In this document: piece by piece, positions 1 through 12,930 of the stretch
Numbering within the stretch: the first letter of the stretch is position 1
How the letters are laid out: each line of letters opens with the position of its first letter
DNA from: Octopus sinensis
Lineage: Eukaryota
NCBI RefSeq assembly: GCF_006345805.1
Contig: NC_043005.1
Location: 10,602,001-10,666,000, forward strand
DNA length: 64,000 bases
Direction of reading: 5' to 3'
Translations under genes and position numbers: made by a program
Notes under the pieces: model-generated
Database searches by the model: none
Told to the model about the DNA's origin: nothing
What the model saw: the letters and a program-made list of their open reading frames with translations, nothing else

Positions 1-279
1 ATGTGTACACGTCTTTATGTGTATATGTACATATACATGTGTGTGTGTATATATTATATATATTTATATGTAAACATATATACATATATTATTTGCATAT
101 ATATATATTATATATATATATATATATATAAATATATATTCTATATACACATGTATATATATTTGATTATTCTATATACGATATATTATATGTGCATATC
201 TACATACATATACATCCATATATTCATGCGTATATATATGCACCTATATATATATGCTTGTATATATATATATATATGC

Positions 280-316
<37 letters not shown>

Positions 317-372
317 TATATACATATATACATACACATGTATATATGTGTATGTATGTGTGTGCTTGCATG
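1..372. repeat. (AT)n/(ATGT)n compound microsatellite
   Basis: Almost pure TA/TG/CA dinucleotide runs; overlapping Y/I/M/C-rich ORFs are artefacts. Confidence 0.95.
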
Positions 373-717
373 TAGATTGAGAGAAAGATAGTGTGCGGAG
401 TATAAATATATTGATTCTGTTTTTATCTTTCAGAAAATTTTTATAACGAATGATTACATTTATGTTTAAATTCATAATAACTTATTGTGTTTTGTTATAA
501 GAAAAGTTTGGCCAGGACCTCTTTTTTTCTAGGTCCCTGTGAAAGTGATGGTATTTACCTTAACAGAAAGAGGTGTTTAGTACCAAGTCAAATGTTTTTA
601 CTTTTGTTAAAAAAAAAGTCAAAATGTTTTTTTATGAGAAAGCAGCATCAGTGATTTTAGGGTTTATTAACTTTATTGTCACTATGTTGTGCAAAAGAAA
701 AGTTTTCTTTTCCACTT

Positions 718-919
718 GAGGCACAAGGCCTGAAATTTTTTTGTGAGATGGCCAGTTGATTAGATCGATTCAGTATGCAACTGGTACTTAATTTATGGAC
801 ATTGAAAGGATGAAGGGCAAAGTCGACCTTGGTGGAATTTGAACTCAGAACGTAAACACAGATAAAATGCCGCTAAGCATTTCGCCCGGCATATTAACAT
901 TTCTGCTAGCTCGCTGCCT
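718..919 (-). mobile_element. tRNA-derived SINE, family 3 (Meta-domain-like core)
   Basis: Reverse complement matches the copy at 7638 (ggcagcgagctagcagaaatgtt...gagttcaaattcc...ggtcgactttgcc.ttcatcctttc...aagtaccagtt). Confidence 0.85.
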
Positions 920-1251
920 TGCGAAAGAAAATTTTTGTAGGAAAAATATGGTTCCTATAATATTTCCTCATGAAGTATCTGTTAGCATAATGCAGGTCTT
1001 CTCTGAGCTTTATATTTTCACTGATCCAAAGGAAGTCAGAAAATTACTATTTATAAATCTCAGAGAGCTATTCAGCAACAGCACTTTGGAGTGAAGATTA
1101 TTTGCCAACATAACATGGCAGTCCTGGTTTAGGACGAATGTTGCTGTAATTTAACCCCAGGCGACATTGTCTCCAGTTGGCTATTGGACATGATCCATGT
1201 CCTTATATTTTCAACAAGGGAATCTAGCACCCCCACTCAATTCCAAAAAAT

Positions 1252-1298
1252 ATCTGTGTATCGTGATTTCCAGGTTATTTCCCTTCATCAGCACAGAT
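1252..1298 (-). ncRNA. Minimal type-I hammerhead ribozyme motif
   Basis: AUCUGUG-CUGAUGA-AGGGAAAUAACCUG-GAAA-UCACGA-UA^CACAGAU: intact core, perfect 7-bp stem I. Confidence 0.75.
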
Positions 1299-1519
1299 GT
1301 CTCCTGGGGTTAAATTACAGCAACATTCGTCCTAAACCAGGACTGCCATGTTATGTTGGCAAATTATCTTTACTCCAAAGTACTGTTGCTGAATGTATCC
1401 TATTGTGAGATTTACAAATAGTAATTTTCTAATTTATAGATCAGTGACTAGTTGTCACTTTGAAAACTATATATTTTGAACAGGAATTTGGCAGCGCCAC
1501 CTCTAGCCGAAAAATTTAT

Positions 1520-1566
1520 TCTGTGCTGATGAAGGGAAATAACCCAGAAATTGTGGATACACTGAT
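1520..1566 (+). ncRNA. Minimal type-I hammerhead ribozyme motif (second copy)
   Basis: UCUGUG-CUGAUGA-A-GGG-AAAUAA-CCC-A-GAAA-UUGUGGA-UA^CACUGA; stems I and III partly decayed. Confidence 0.6.
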
Positions 1567-2039
1567 ATTGTTTTGAGCTGAATAGGGGGTTCTAGGTTCC
1601 CTTGTTAGAAAATATAAGGACACAGATTGTGCCATATAGCCAGCTGGAGACGAAGTCTCCTGGGGCTAAATTACAGCAACATTCGTCCTAAACCAGGACT
1701 GCCATGTTATGTTGGCAAACAATCTTTAATCCAAATGAAGACAAGTAAGATAAAGAAAAGTAATTGTGTCTTGAGAATTTGCTTTTCATCATTGTCCTCT
1801 CTATTAACATCTAATGTGCTAACATTAATTAGGAATTTAATTAAATATTCAGTGGACCCAACTTTGATAATGACAGCATCACACTGAATCTTTTGTAGAT
1901 TTTAACCAGCACACTCTTGTCCAATATTTTACGTTTGTTCTTTGAATGTTTTAAAATTACATTTTTTCATGTCATCTCTGCTAAAGCTCACAGTTTCCAA
2001 TCCAGAGGACACAATCAGTCATAACATTTCTCTTTGAAA

Positions 2040-2310
2040 ACTAATGCCTTTTGAGTGAATTTGGTAGGTGGAAACTGTGTGGAAGCCTGTTGTGTGAGTG
2101 TGTGTGTGTGTTTGTCCCTCCCGCACTTCTTGACCACTAGTGTTGGCTTGTTTACAGCCCCATTACTTAGTAGTTCAGCAAAAGAAACTGATAGAATAAG
2201 CACCAGGCTTAAAAGATAAGAAGTAGGGTCAATCTGTTTGACCAAACCATTTCAAGGTGAGTGCTACAGAATGGCACATTCAGAGACTGAAACAAGTAAA
2301 AGATGGAAGA
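2040..2310 (+). mobile_element. SINE family 1 (OK-like), decayed 3' part
   Basis: Similar to 56409-56820 (gatagaataag...gactgaaacaagtaaaaga). Confidence 0.7.
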
Positions 2311-2352
2311 TCCATTAATCATTAGGATTAACAATCCTGTATGGGAAAATTT

Positions 2353-2418
2353 GGTTTAGGGTTTCAGGGTTAGGGTTTAAGATTAGGATTTTGGGTTAAG
2401 GTGTAGAGTTTAGAGTTA
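2353..2418 (+). repeat. Degenerate telomere-like (TTAGGG)n tract
   Basis: ggtttagggtttcagggttagggtttaagattagg... Confidence 0.5.
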
Positions 2419-3299
2419 CTCAGACAAGGATAGCCAATATAAAGATCTGGGAAAGGTATTGAAATTGAACTTTTTAAAGGCAAATTTATGGCTTTATGTA
2501 CCATTTGTCTCTTTCAAAATAGTGTTCTCCCTGGTTGGTACATCCAACATTTTCTTTCCATATTTGGAATGCATTTTCAAAGGCAGTGCATAGATGTCAT
2601 TGCTGATTTTCTTTGACACTGTCTTTTGTCTGAAATTATTGGTCTTTCAGGGTGGATCTCTAACATGGGCACAACAAAAGTCTTCAGAGACCAAATTTGA
2701 AGATAAGGAAGGTAACTGGGAACAAGAGACATCTCATGCACTGCCAAACTTCTGGCTCAGGAGTGATTCATGAGTACAGTGTCATAGTGCAGCAGCCATG
2801 TTTTAAGCCTCTTTCCTTTGTGCTTATTTTCTCAAATGCCTAAGGACATCCATGTAAAACTCTTTATTAATTCTGATTATATGGAACAAAAACCTGATGA
2901 ATGACACCCTTCCATAAAAAAAAAAACAACAAACAAAACAAACAAAAAAAATAAGACACCTATCACATCCCTTTCATCTGAGTGACTCTGTACTTTTTTT
3001 TTTTGTGGCTGCAACAATGATCCAACATCCTATGGCGACTACTTTTTTTGTTTCAACATTGTGACCTTCATAAAACCTGTATACCCATGTTTCTTCCTTT
3101 GTCACATTTTTTCATAAAGTTTTAATCAGCATTTAACCAGTCAAACTACTTGGTAGAGTGGAAGATTAAGTAGCTTGTAGTATTATTAACTTATTCTCTC
3201 CCTTCATGTTCTGGGTCATGACTTTTCTTCTTCTTTGGCAGTTGATAGAATAAAAACTAATCAATTGCTGGGCTGAGCTTGAATTCCATCACCATCCTT

Positions 3300-3520
3300 T
3301 TAACTCTTTCATTACTGTATCTATTTTGAGATGCTCTGTGTTTCTTTCAATAACATACAAAGAATTTAGTAAAATAACTTAATTATCATTATGTTAGTGT
3401 TAGGAACATAAATTGTGACTAAGGTTTGGTGGAAGATTTTAATTCAAAACTTATGAAAACAAGACATTTGTAATACAGAGCCAGGGCTGGTTTCAGCCGG
3501 GTCAGTATTGAAAGGGTTAA
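3300..3520 (+). mobile_element. TTAA MITE family A (piggyBac-like ends)
   Basis: TTAA flanks, TIR C(C/T)CTTT...AAAGGG; homologous to 3573, 36745, 47132. Confidence 0.85.
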
Positions 3521-3572
3521 GCAGGTGTTATTGACCTAAAATTTTGAAGGAAGGTTTTTAACTTAGATCACT

Positions 3573-3800
3573 TTAACCCTTTTGTTACTGTATTTATTTT
3601 GAGATGCTCTGTGTTTCTTTCAATTACTTTAAATATAACGAAGAATTTAGTAAAACAACTTAGTTATCATTAAGCTAGTGTTACGAACATAAATTGTGAC
3701 TAAGGTTTGGTGGAAGATTTTAATTCAAAACTTATGAAAGCAAGGCATTTGTACTCAGAGCCAGAACCAGTTTCAGCTGGGTTGGTAATGAAAGGGTTAA
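3573..3800 (+). mobile_element. TTAA MITE family A
   Basis: ttaaccctttt...gaaagggttaa, 228 bp. Confidence 0.9.
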
Positions 3801-4704
3801 GTTTAGTTAGAAATCATTATTAGTCTGTTTCTCAATTTCTCTCCCTCTCATATATTTCTACATACCATGGAAGCAACAAAAGCAAAGTGAAATTATTTGG
3901 GGTAAAATCAAAATACAAGTATCTAATTGTCAAATTTGGTACCTGTTGGACTATGTGAACTGACATAAATACTTAAACACACACACACACACACACTCTC
4001 CGGCACACAGTGTGACAGCTTGATATACAAAGCATACATGCACATACAGACATACACAAACATACAGTATACATTATATGGACAATTGCTCATTATTCTA
4101 CAGTGTCCTCTGAAAATAAGATCTGGTAGCTATTACAGGTTAACTGGTTGAACTGTTACATACACACATGCATACACATTTACTTGCTGTCTCTTGCTCA
4201 CACACACACAAATACACACCATTTCCATCACCGTTTCCAGAACAGTCTATTGATGTCTCCTGAACAGAAAGTCTCCAGGCCAACAATCTTCTGTTCAATT
4301 ATCTCTGACTTGATGGCACTAGACATATGGAAATGTTAGGTCATGCTGTCAACCAGAATATTTTTTTTTTTACACTACACACACACATGTATGTGTGTTT
4401 GTGAATGCTTTTATGTCCTAGATAAGCTGTCTTAGCAATAAAATAGGCCAGATGAGGATGGCAGAAGGGTAAAGTGCCAGAATATAGTATTTCATTGCAA
4501 CATTTGGTGTTAGTTCTGTAAGCCAGAAATCAAATTCTACCATTAATTCCCTCAAAGTTGATGAAAGAAATAGTTGGAATTTACTGAAGTTGATTTGGTC
4601 AAGTACACCCCCATCGTTAGAGATTCATAGTCATCAATGGACCAAAGTGTGAAGCCACCACTGCCATCACCACTACCACCATCATCATCACCATCATTAC
4701 TATG

Positions 4705-4915
4705 AGAGCTGCTAGAATCAGCATGTTGGATGAAATGCATAGTGACATATCTTCTGGTTCTTTACATTCTGAGTTCGAATACTGTTGAGGTCGGCTTTGC
4801 CGTTCATCATTTCGGAGTTAATAAAATAAGGTGCCAATCAAATACTGGGGTTGATGTAATTAAATAACCACCTCCCTACTAAAATTGTTGTCTTTGAGCC
4901 CAAATCTGAAACAAT
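4705..4915 (+). mobile_element. SINE family 3, decayed
   Basis: ttctgagttcgaatactgttgaggtcggctttgccgttcatcatttcgg matches the 7638 copy. Confidence 0.7.
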
Positions 4916-5339
4916 TCTTACTATGAGGATGTTGAGTGGCAAAATCAAAGTATCAGACAAAATTCTTTGCAATTAATTATATTCCAATATATTCTAAGTT
5001 TGCCATCAGTGTCTGTTTTGCCATTTATTATTCTGGGGGTATATACCAGTAATGTACGAAGACAAACTGTCTTGCAGTGGTGGAATTGTAGAAACAGGAA
5101 AATACTAGATAACTTATAGTGTGTTCTGATTCCACTCTAGATTGATTTTGGCTTTCATTCTTTTGGAGTTGATGGGCATGGCTGTGGAGTTAAGAAACTC
5201 ACTTCCCAACCACATAGTTTCAGGTTCAGTCCCACTGGGCTTCTGTTGAAGCTCCGAGCTGACCAAAGCTTTATAAATAGATTTGGTAGATGGAAACTGA
5301 AAGAAGCTTATTTCATTTGTGAACCTGTAGAAAACGAAC

Positions 5340-5607
5340 TTCCACTAACTATTCTGCTTATTTGTGCTCTCCTTTCAATGCAATGTATGTTAGAAGGTCT
5401 GCAAATCTAACGGAGGCCTCAAAAAGATATTTTAAGATCCTCAATGATCTGAGCTTAACTGCAGCTCTTGGTCCAAATTGGATATGCAATCTCTGTGGGT
5501 GTCTTTTCATAATATTGTCTGGTTTAAAAAGTCACATCAGATACCATGATTGTTCTAAGGTGTAGGTACAGGTGATAGTTGTACTCGGCATAAGTAGACA
5601 ACCACCA
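5340..5607 (+). mobile_element. RTE-like LINE 3' remnant
   Basis: ICNLCGCLFIILSGLKSHIRYH resembles the C-terminal C2H2-type motif of RTE ORFs. Confidence 0.5.
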
Positions 5608-5681
5608 TATATATTTATTTATATATATATTATATATTTATTTATATATATATATTTATTTATATATATATATATTTATAT

Positions 5682-5775
<94 letters not shown>

Positions 5776-5797
5776 TAATATTTATTTATATATATAT

Positions 5798-5830
<33 letters not shown>

Positions 5831-5859
5831 ATAATATATATATATATAATATATATATT

Positions 5860-5890
<31 letters not shown>

Positions 5891-5906
5891 ATTTAATATA
5901 TATATC

Positions 5907-5937
<31 letters not shown>

Positions 5938-6000
5938 ATTATTTATATATATATATATATATTTATATATAATATATATATATAATATATATATATATAT
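5607..6000. repeat. (AT)n microsatellite
   Basis: About 390 bp almost exclusively A/T. Confidence 0.95.
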
Positions 6001-6011
6001 ACTTCTGTGTG

Positions 6012-6170
6012 ATATGACAGGCTTCTTCCAGTTTCTGTCTACAAAATCCACTCAAGGCTTTGGTCAGCCCAAGGCTGTAGTAGAAGACACTTGTCCAAGG
6101 TGCCATGCAGTGGGATTGGACCCATGTGGTTGGGAAGCAAGCTTCATACGACACAGCCATGCCTGTGCCT
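6012..6170 (-). mobile_element. SINE family 1 (OK-like) 5' half
   Basis: Reverse complement matches the tRNA head and ccttgg.caagtgtcttctact core. Confidence 0.8.
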
Positions 6171-6189
6171 ATGTGCAGTGTTTGATTTT

Positions 6190-6690
6190 TTTTTTCTTTA
6201 CTGTGGAAGGACGCAAGAATAATATGACTCCAATAGGGATTGCTTTTTGAGGTTTTTGTTCATAGAATTAATGCAAGTTTTGGTGTGAAGTTGTTTGTGG
6301 AACAACACTTGGTTCAGAAGGTTAGGGATAATATCATTTGCATAGGAACGGTCACTGTTGGATGTGATGACATGTACATCATTGATGTATAAAAGCAGAT
6401 ATGGAAGATAAAGCACAAAGCCTGAGGTCCTCCCCACCCAGATGATTGCTGGGCTAGAAAGATAAAGAGAGCAAGAACTCCATCAGCATATACTGTGAAA
6501 GTTTAATCTGATGGAATGTTAGTGATAGGTGGACTATTTTGATAGGACATTGGCGTACAGTTGGATGAAAGCTTTTCTGATTTTGAGCTCACTAGTTACT
6601 GACATGGGAAGATAGATCTCTGGGAGATTTGGTTTTTATCAAATCTGTTGTGGTGAAGAACATTGTTGCTAATGGATGTCTGTGTCATCT
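6190..6690 (-). mobile_element. Decayed CR1/L2-like LINE RT fragment
   Basis: G.VL.PYLLLYIND...SYANDI resembles RT motifs (GSVLGP..F.LYIND, YADD). Confidence 0.55.
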
Positions 6691-7637
6691 TTGAGATGCT
6701 TTAATTTTACTGCAGTCGGTATGCAGTTGTTTTCTCAACACCTGCACATGAATATATTCCTACATATTAACACACACACACACACATACACATAGGCATT
6801 TCACTCTTCTATCTTTTAAGATCACAAATGCATGTGAATGTTAAAGATAGACAGATAGTGAGTGGTATGAGAGTGAAAGGTTGAGAGATTGGTTGAAAGA
6901 TAACCTGCTAGACAGTGAGAGCTGGCATTGAGAAATTAAGCAGATTTTACAATAAACAACCCAACAGTTTAAATCTAAAAGAAAATACCACAAATATTTA
7001 TTGTGTTGTTTTCTGATAGCCATATTCCTGGAGCGCTGTGTGTCACATAGTGCATAGGGTCAATAGCTAAATGCTATTTAACAAAGCAGAGTAGCCTATA
7101 ATTAAACTCTGGTTTCCTCCCTGTAAAACTAACACAAACAAACAAAATGGTTGGTAACCTGCAGAAAATATCTCTGATTTCATTGGTCGTATTTTATACA
7201 GTGGGTTTTGTGCATGTTTTTTTTTTTAATATATAAAGATTTAGAAGAATATTCCTTTTTTTTTTTACCTAGGTACTAGAGTCCTTATTTTTTTTTTATT
7301 TCAAAATGAAGGAGAAATGTAAAACTGAAAATCATGCCTTTCCTATTGATATCAGTGAAATTCATTTATTTTGGGTCACTACTGATATCAGGCTGCGGTC
7401 TTAATTTTCCAGGAGGAACTTTCCACAATGACTCAACAACAGTGACCACCTCTCAAAAAGTGCCTCCACCATACACGCAAATAAATGACCTTTCCACACA
7501 CATTTACATGAATGCCTCAGTATAGTTGTCAATGTTTATGTGGTGAGGCATTTGTTGCTGTTTATCTCGTCTTCTCTAGTGGAACACATCTGTAATCAGA
7601 TGTGTTCCAACTTTGATAATAATTTTATCCCTTATAA

Positions 7638-7870
7638 GGCAGTGAGCTAGCAGAAATGTTAGCATGCAGGGCAAAATGCTTAGCAGTATTTCATCTGCTA
7701 CTACATTCTGAGTTCAAATTCCGTTGAGGTCGACTTTGCCTTTCATCCTTTCGGGGTCAATTAAACAAGTACCAGTTATGCACTGGGGTCGATGTAATCA
7801 ACTTAATCCCTTTGTCTGTCTTTGTTTGTCCCCTCTATGTTTAGCTCCCTGTAAGCAATAAAGAAATAAA
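7638..7870 (+). mobile_element. SINE family 3, full length
   Basis: tRNA-like head, B box gagttcaaattcc, 13-bp TSD attttatccctta (7622-7634 / 7873-7885). Confidence 0.9.
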
Positions 7871-8311
7871 TGATTTTATCCCTTAGTAGAGTGACCTTTA
7901 TTAAAGAAGGTAGCATGTTATTTCAGAGAATCTGGCTGCTCTTTCTAGTTGGTCGAGTGACTATATTAATGTGACTGTGCAGTGAAGCATTAGTATGTGT
8001 GTATGGTGATTTAATGTGACTTCAGCAAGGCATTAGTGTGTGTGTGTGTGGTGAGTTAGTGTGTCTATCTAGTAAAGCTTTAGTGTGTTATTTTACATGT
8101 ATGTGTATGTGTGGTGAGACAATTAGCGTATGATGAAGTAAATACGTTTGTTCAAGAGCCATGTAATGAGAAGTGATGAGGCATGGTAGATGAAAGGATA
8201 ATCAGTCTAAAATAATGGAAGATAGCAAGTAATCTGAGGGAAGACTTTGGTAAATCTGGGCCTTTAACAATCCTGTACTATTAAACTAACAATTACCAAA
8301 AGCTTGAAGAT

Positions 8312-8512
8312 GGGTAGCTGGTAGAATCATTATCATTTCAGATGAAAAGCTCAGCAGCATTACCTCCAGCTCTTTGCTTTCTCAGTTCAAATACTACCAA
8401 GGTCGACTTCGCCTTTCATCCTTTTGGAATTGATAAATTAAAGTACCAATCAGTGTAATGTTGATGAAATCAACTTTCCCTCACCTGAAAATTGATGGCC
8501 TTATGCCAAAAT
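8312..8512 (+). mobile_element. SINE family 3, decayed
   Basis: ggtcgacttcgcctttcatccttttggaattgataaattaaagtacc. Confidence 0.7.
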
Positions 8513-8544
8513 TAAAAAAAGAAATAATGTTTGAGATATGCTCG

Positions 8545-8926
8545 TGAAGACCTGTTGAGGCAAGTGAAATCATTGTCACGGCCAATGACAGTACTGCCTG
8601 ATTGGCATCAGTGCCAGTGGAACGTTAAAAGCACCATTCGAGTATGATCGTTGCCAGTGCCGCCAGATTAGCTCCTGTGCAGGTGGCACATAAAAAGCAC
8701 CATTTGAGCATGGCCGATGCCAGTACTGCCTGGCTGGCCTTCGTGCCGGTGGCATGTAAAAGCACCCATTACACTCTCAGAATTGTTGGCATTAAGAAGG
8801 GCATCCAGCTGTAGAAACTTTGCCGGATCAGACTGAGCCTGGTGCAGCCTTGTGACTCACTAGTCCTCAGTCAAAACGGCCAACCCATGCCAGCATGGAA
8901 AGTGGATATTAAAAGATGATAATGAT
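8545..8926 (+). mobile_element. 5'-truncated RTE 3' UTR copy
   Basis: gtgaagacctgttgaggcaagtgaaa...aagggcatccagctgtagaaac...ccaacccatgccagcatggaaa + (GAT)n tail. Confidence 0.8.
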
Positions 8927-8929
8927 ATG

Positions 8930-8972
<43 letters not shown>

Positions 8973-9191
8973 AAATATATAGATATCTTTATATATATAT
9001 GCGTGTGTGTATATATATCTGTATATACATATGCATCCATCCATATATATTTATATATATATACATACATGTATATACATATATATACATGTATATAGAT
9101 AAGTATATACACACACATATATATATACATACATGTATATAGATATAATACATACATGTATATACATATATATATATAATATAATATAACT

Positions 9192-11616
9192 CTATAAGAT
9201 GCCACAAGTGTAAGCTATGGACACATAAGAGGTGCAGCAATGTCAAGGAAGGCTAACTAGGAAAATAGTTTTTGTCTGTGGCAAATGCTCAGGAGCAATA
9301 AACACTGGAAATGTATGCAGAGACAACTTCTGCCACGTTCCAGGGAGACAAACTAGAAGTAGTTGATAGCTTCCGCTACCTAGGAGACCAAGTCAGTAGC
9401 GGGTGGTGGGTGTGCTGAAGTGTAACTGCTAGAGTAAGAATAGCCTGGGCAAAGTTTAGAGAGCTCTTACCCCTGCTGGTGACAAAAGGCCTCTCGCTCA
9501 GAGTAAAAGGCAGACTGTAGATGCATGTGTACGTACAGCCATGCTACATGGTAGTGAAACATGGGCCGTGACTGCTGAGGAATGCGTAAGCTCGCAAGAA
9601 ATGAAGCCAGTATGCTCGATGGATGTGTAATGTCAGTGTTCATAATCGTCAGAGTGTATAGTTCCTGAGAGAAAAGCTGAACTAAGAAGCGTCAGTTGTG
9701 GCGTGCAAGAGAGACGGCTGCGCTGGTATGGTCATGTGACAAGAAAGGCTGAAGATAGTTGTTGCAAAAGTGCTACACCCTAGCAGTGGAGGGAACCTGT
9801 GGAAGAGGTAGACCCAGGAAAACCTGGGACGAGGTGGGAAGCACGACTTCGAACTTTAGGTCTCACTAAGGAATGTCTAGAGACCGAGACCTATGGAAGT
9901 ATGCTGTGCATGAGAAGACCCGGCAAGACTAGTCAGGCCATAACCCGTGGCCCGACCTGGGACGTAGTCAGTCCTGTGCATACCTTCCTTTTTGTGACAC
10001 TTATGAAGACCTGTTGAGGCAAGTGAAAATCAAATCAAATCAAAACAATCAAAATAGATGAACATCAGTGGAATTGTATTCTTTGTGGTACCAGTGCCGG
10101 TGGCACACAAGAAAACCACCCAAACGTGGCCGTAACCAGTACCGCATCGACTGGCTCCGTGCTTGGGGCACAACAACACCACGATCGTGGCCGTTCGCCA
10201 GCCTCATCTGGCACCTGTGCCGGTGGCAACATAAAGACACCATCCGAAGACCCGGCGACGTAGTCAGTCCACCTGTGCATACCTTCCCTCTTATGACACT
10301 GTGAGACCTGTTGAGGCAAGTGTGTGACACTTGTGAAGACCTGTGAGGCAAGTGAAAATCAAACCAAATCAAAATAGATGAATATCAATGGAATTGTATC
10401 TTTGTGGTTCAGTAACGGTGGCACACAAGAAAACCATCCGAAAGGGCCGTAGCTGGTACCGCATCGACTGGCCTCCGTGCTGTGGGCACAACAAACACCA
10501 TCTGATCGTGGCCGTTCGCCAGCCTCACCTGGCACCTATGTCGGTTGCACATAAAAACACCATCCAAAGACCCGGCGACGTAGTCAGTCCTGTGCATACC
10601 TTCCCTCTTATGACACTTGTGAAGACCTGTTGAGGCAGAGGCAAGTGTGTGACACTTGTGAAGACCGTTGAGGCAGAGCAAGTGGGTGTGACACTTGTGG
10701 AGACCTGTTGAGACAAGTGTGTGTGTCACGCGTGACACTTGTGAGACGTTGAGGCAAGTGAAAATCAAACCAAATCAAAATAGATGAACATCAATGGAAT
10801 TGGTATCTTGGTGGTTCCAGTACCGGTGGCACACAAGAAAACCATCCGATCGTGGCCGTTCGCCAGCCACATCTGGGCACCTGTGTCGGTGGCACATAAA
10901 GACACCATCCGAAGACCCGGCGACGCAGACAGTCCACCTGTGCATACCTTCCTTCTTGTGACACTTGTGAAGACCTGTTGAGGCAAGTGACACTTGTGAA
11001 GACCGTTGAGGCAGTGAAAATCAAATCAAATCAAAACAAATCAAAATAGATGAACATAAATGGAATTTGTATCTTGTGGTACCAGTGCCGGTTGGCACAC
11101 AAGAAAATCATCCGAACGTGGCCGTAGCCAGTACGCATAGACTGGCCTCCGTGCTTTGGGGACGTAACAAACACCATCCGATCGTGGCCGTCCGCCAGCC
11201 TCATCTGGCACCTGTGTCGGTGGCACATAAAAACACATCCGAGCGTGGCCGTCTGCCAGCCTCGTCTGGCACCTGCCAGCCTCATCTGGCACCTGTGTCG
11301 GTTGGTGGCACATAAAAACACCATCCGAGCGTGGCCGTCTGCCAGCCTCGTCTGGCACCTGGTCGGTGGCACAATAAAAACACCATCCGAGCGTGGCCAT
11401 TCGCCAGCCTCGTCTGGCACCTGTGTCGGTGGCACATAAAATCACCCACTACACTCTCGGAGTGGTTGGCGTTAGGAAGGGCATCCAGCTGTAGAAACAC
11501 TGCCAGATATGACTGGCCTGGTGCAGCTTCGGGCTCCCCAGACCCCGTTGAACCGTCCAACCCATGATAGCATGAAAACGGACGCTAAATGATGATGATG
11601 ATGATGATGATGATGA
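9192..11616 (+). mobile_element. 5'-truncated RTE-clade LINE with tandemly amplified 3' UTR
   Basis: Frameshifted translation gives [54 protein letters not shown]; about 300-bp UTR units start near 9961, 10257, 10577, 10921; (GAT)n tail at 11590-11616. Confidence 0.88.
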
Positions 11617-11980
11617 TATATATATATATATGTGTATATATATAATATATATGCATGTATATACGTGTATATATATATATATATGCATGTATATATGTAT
11701 ATATATATATCTATATATGTGTATACATATAATTGTATATATATGTATGTATTTGCGTGTATTTATGTATGTATGTATTTATATGTATATATATATCCAT
11801 ATATGTGTATACATATAATTGTATATATATGTATGTATTTGCGTGTATTTATGTATGTATGTTTTTATATGTATATATATATATATATATATATGTCTAT
11901 ATGCATGATCTATATATGTATCTATATGCAGTTATCTATATATATGTATGTCTATATTCATGTAAATCTATATATTGTAT
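11617..11980. repeat. AT/ATGT compound microsatellite
   Basis: Low-complexity run containing an internal duplicated segment. Confidence 0.9.
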
Positions 11981-12930
11981 ATATGCATGTATCTATATAT
12001 ATATATATGTATATATGCTTATATTTATATATGTATATATGCATGTATCTATATATATATGTATATATGCATGTATCTATATATATATGTATATATGCAT
12101 GTATCTATATATATATGTATATATGCATGTATCTATATATATATGTATATATGCATGTATCTATATATATATGTATATATGCATGTATCTATATATATAT
12201 GTATATATGCATGTATCTATATATATATATGTATATATGCATGTATCTATATATATATGTATATATGCATGTATCTATATATATATGTATATATGCATGT
12301 ATCTATATATATATGTATATATGCATGTATCTATATATATATATGTATATATGCATGTATCTATATATATATGTATATATGCATGTATCTATATATGTAT
12401 GTCTATATGCATGTATCTATATATGTATGTCTATATGCATGTATCTATATATATATGTCTATATGCATGTATCTATATATATATGTATATATGCATGTAT
12501 CTATATATATATATGTATATATGCATGTATCTATATATATATATATATGTATATGCATGTATCTATATATATATGTATATATGCATGTATCTATATATAT
12601 ATATGTATATATGCATGTATCTATATATATATATATATGTATATATGCATGTATCTATATATATATGTATATATGCATGTATCTATATATATATGTATAT
12701 ATGCATGTATCTATATATATATGTAATATATGCATGTATCTATATATATATGTATTATGCATGTATCTAGATATATATGTATATATGCATGTATCTATAT
12801 ATATAATGTTATATGCATGTATCTATATATATTATATATGCATGTATCTATTATATATATGTATATATGCATGTATCTATATATATATGTATATATGCAT
12901 GTATCTATATATATATGTATATATGCATGA
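11980..12930. repeat. 28-bp minisatellite (atatatgcatgtatctatatatatatgt)n
   Basis: gcatgtatct recurs every 28 bp (30-32 where AT slipped), about 30+ copies. Confidence 0.95.

Larger units (their letters stand above)
1018..1734. mobile_element. Nested fold-back of Penelope-like LTR-type repeats
   Basis: 1018-1165 is inverted relative to 1299-1446, and 1085-1297 is inverted relative to 1520-1734; each long arm carries a hammerhead motif. Confidence 0.75.

Noticed and set aside
9799-11688. Cluster of overlapping GC-rich ORFs
   Set aside because: Products of the tandem RTE 3' UTR repeats on both strands
11980-12930. Regular 28-bp repeats as a possible CRISPR array
   Set aside because: No unique spacers, no cas genes, eukaryotic context
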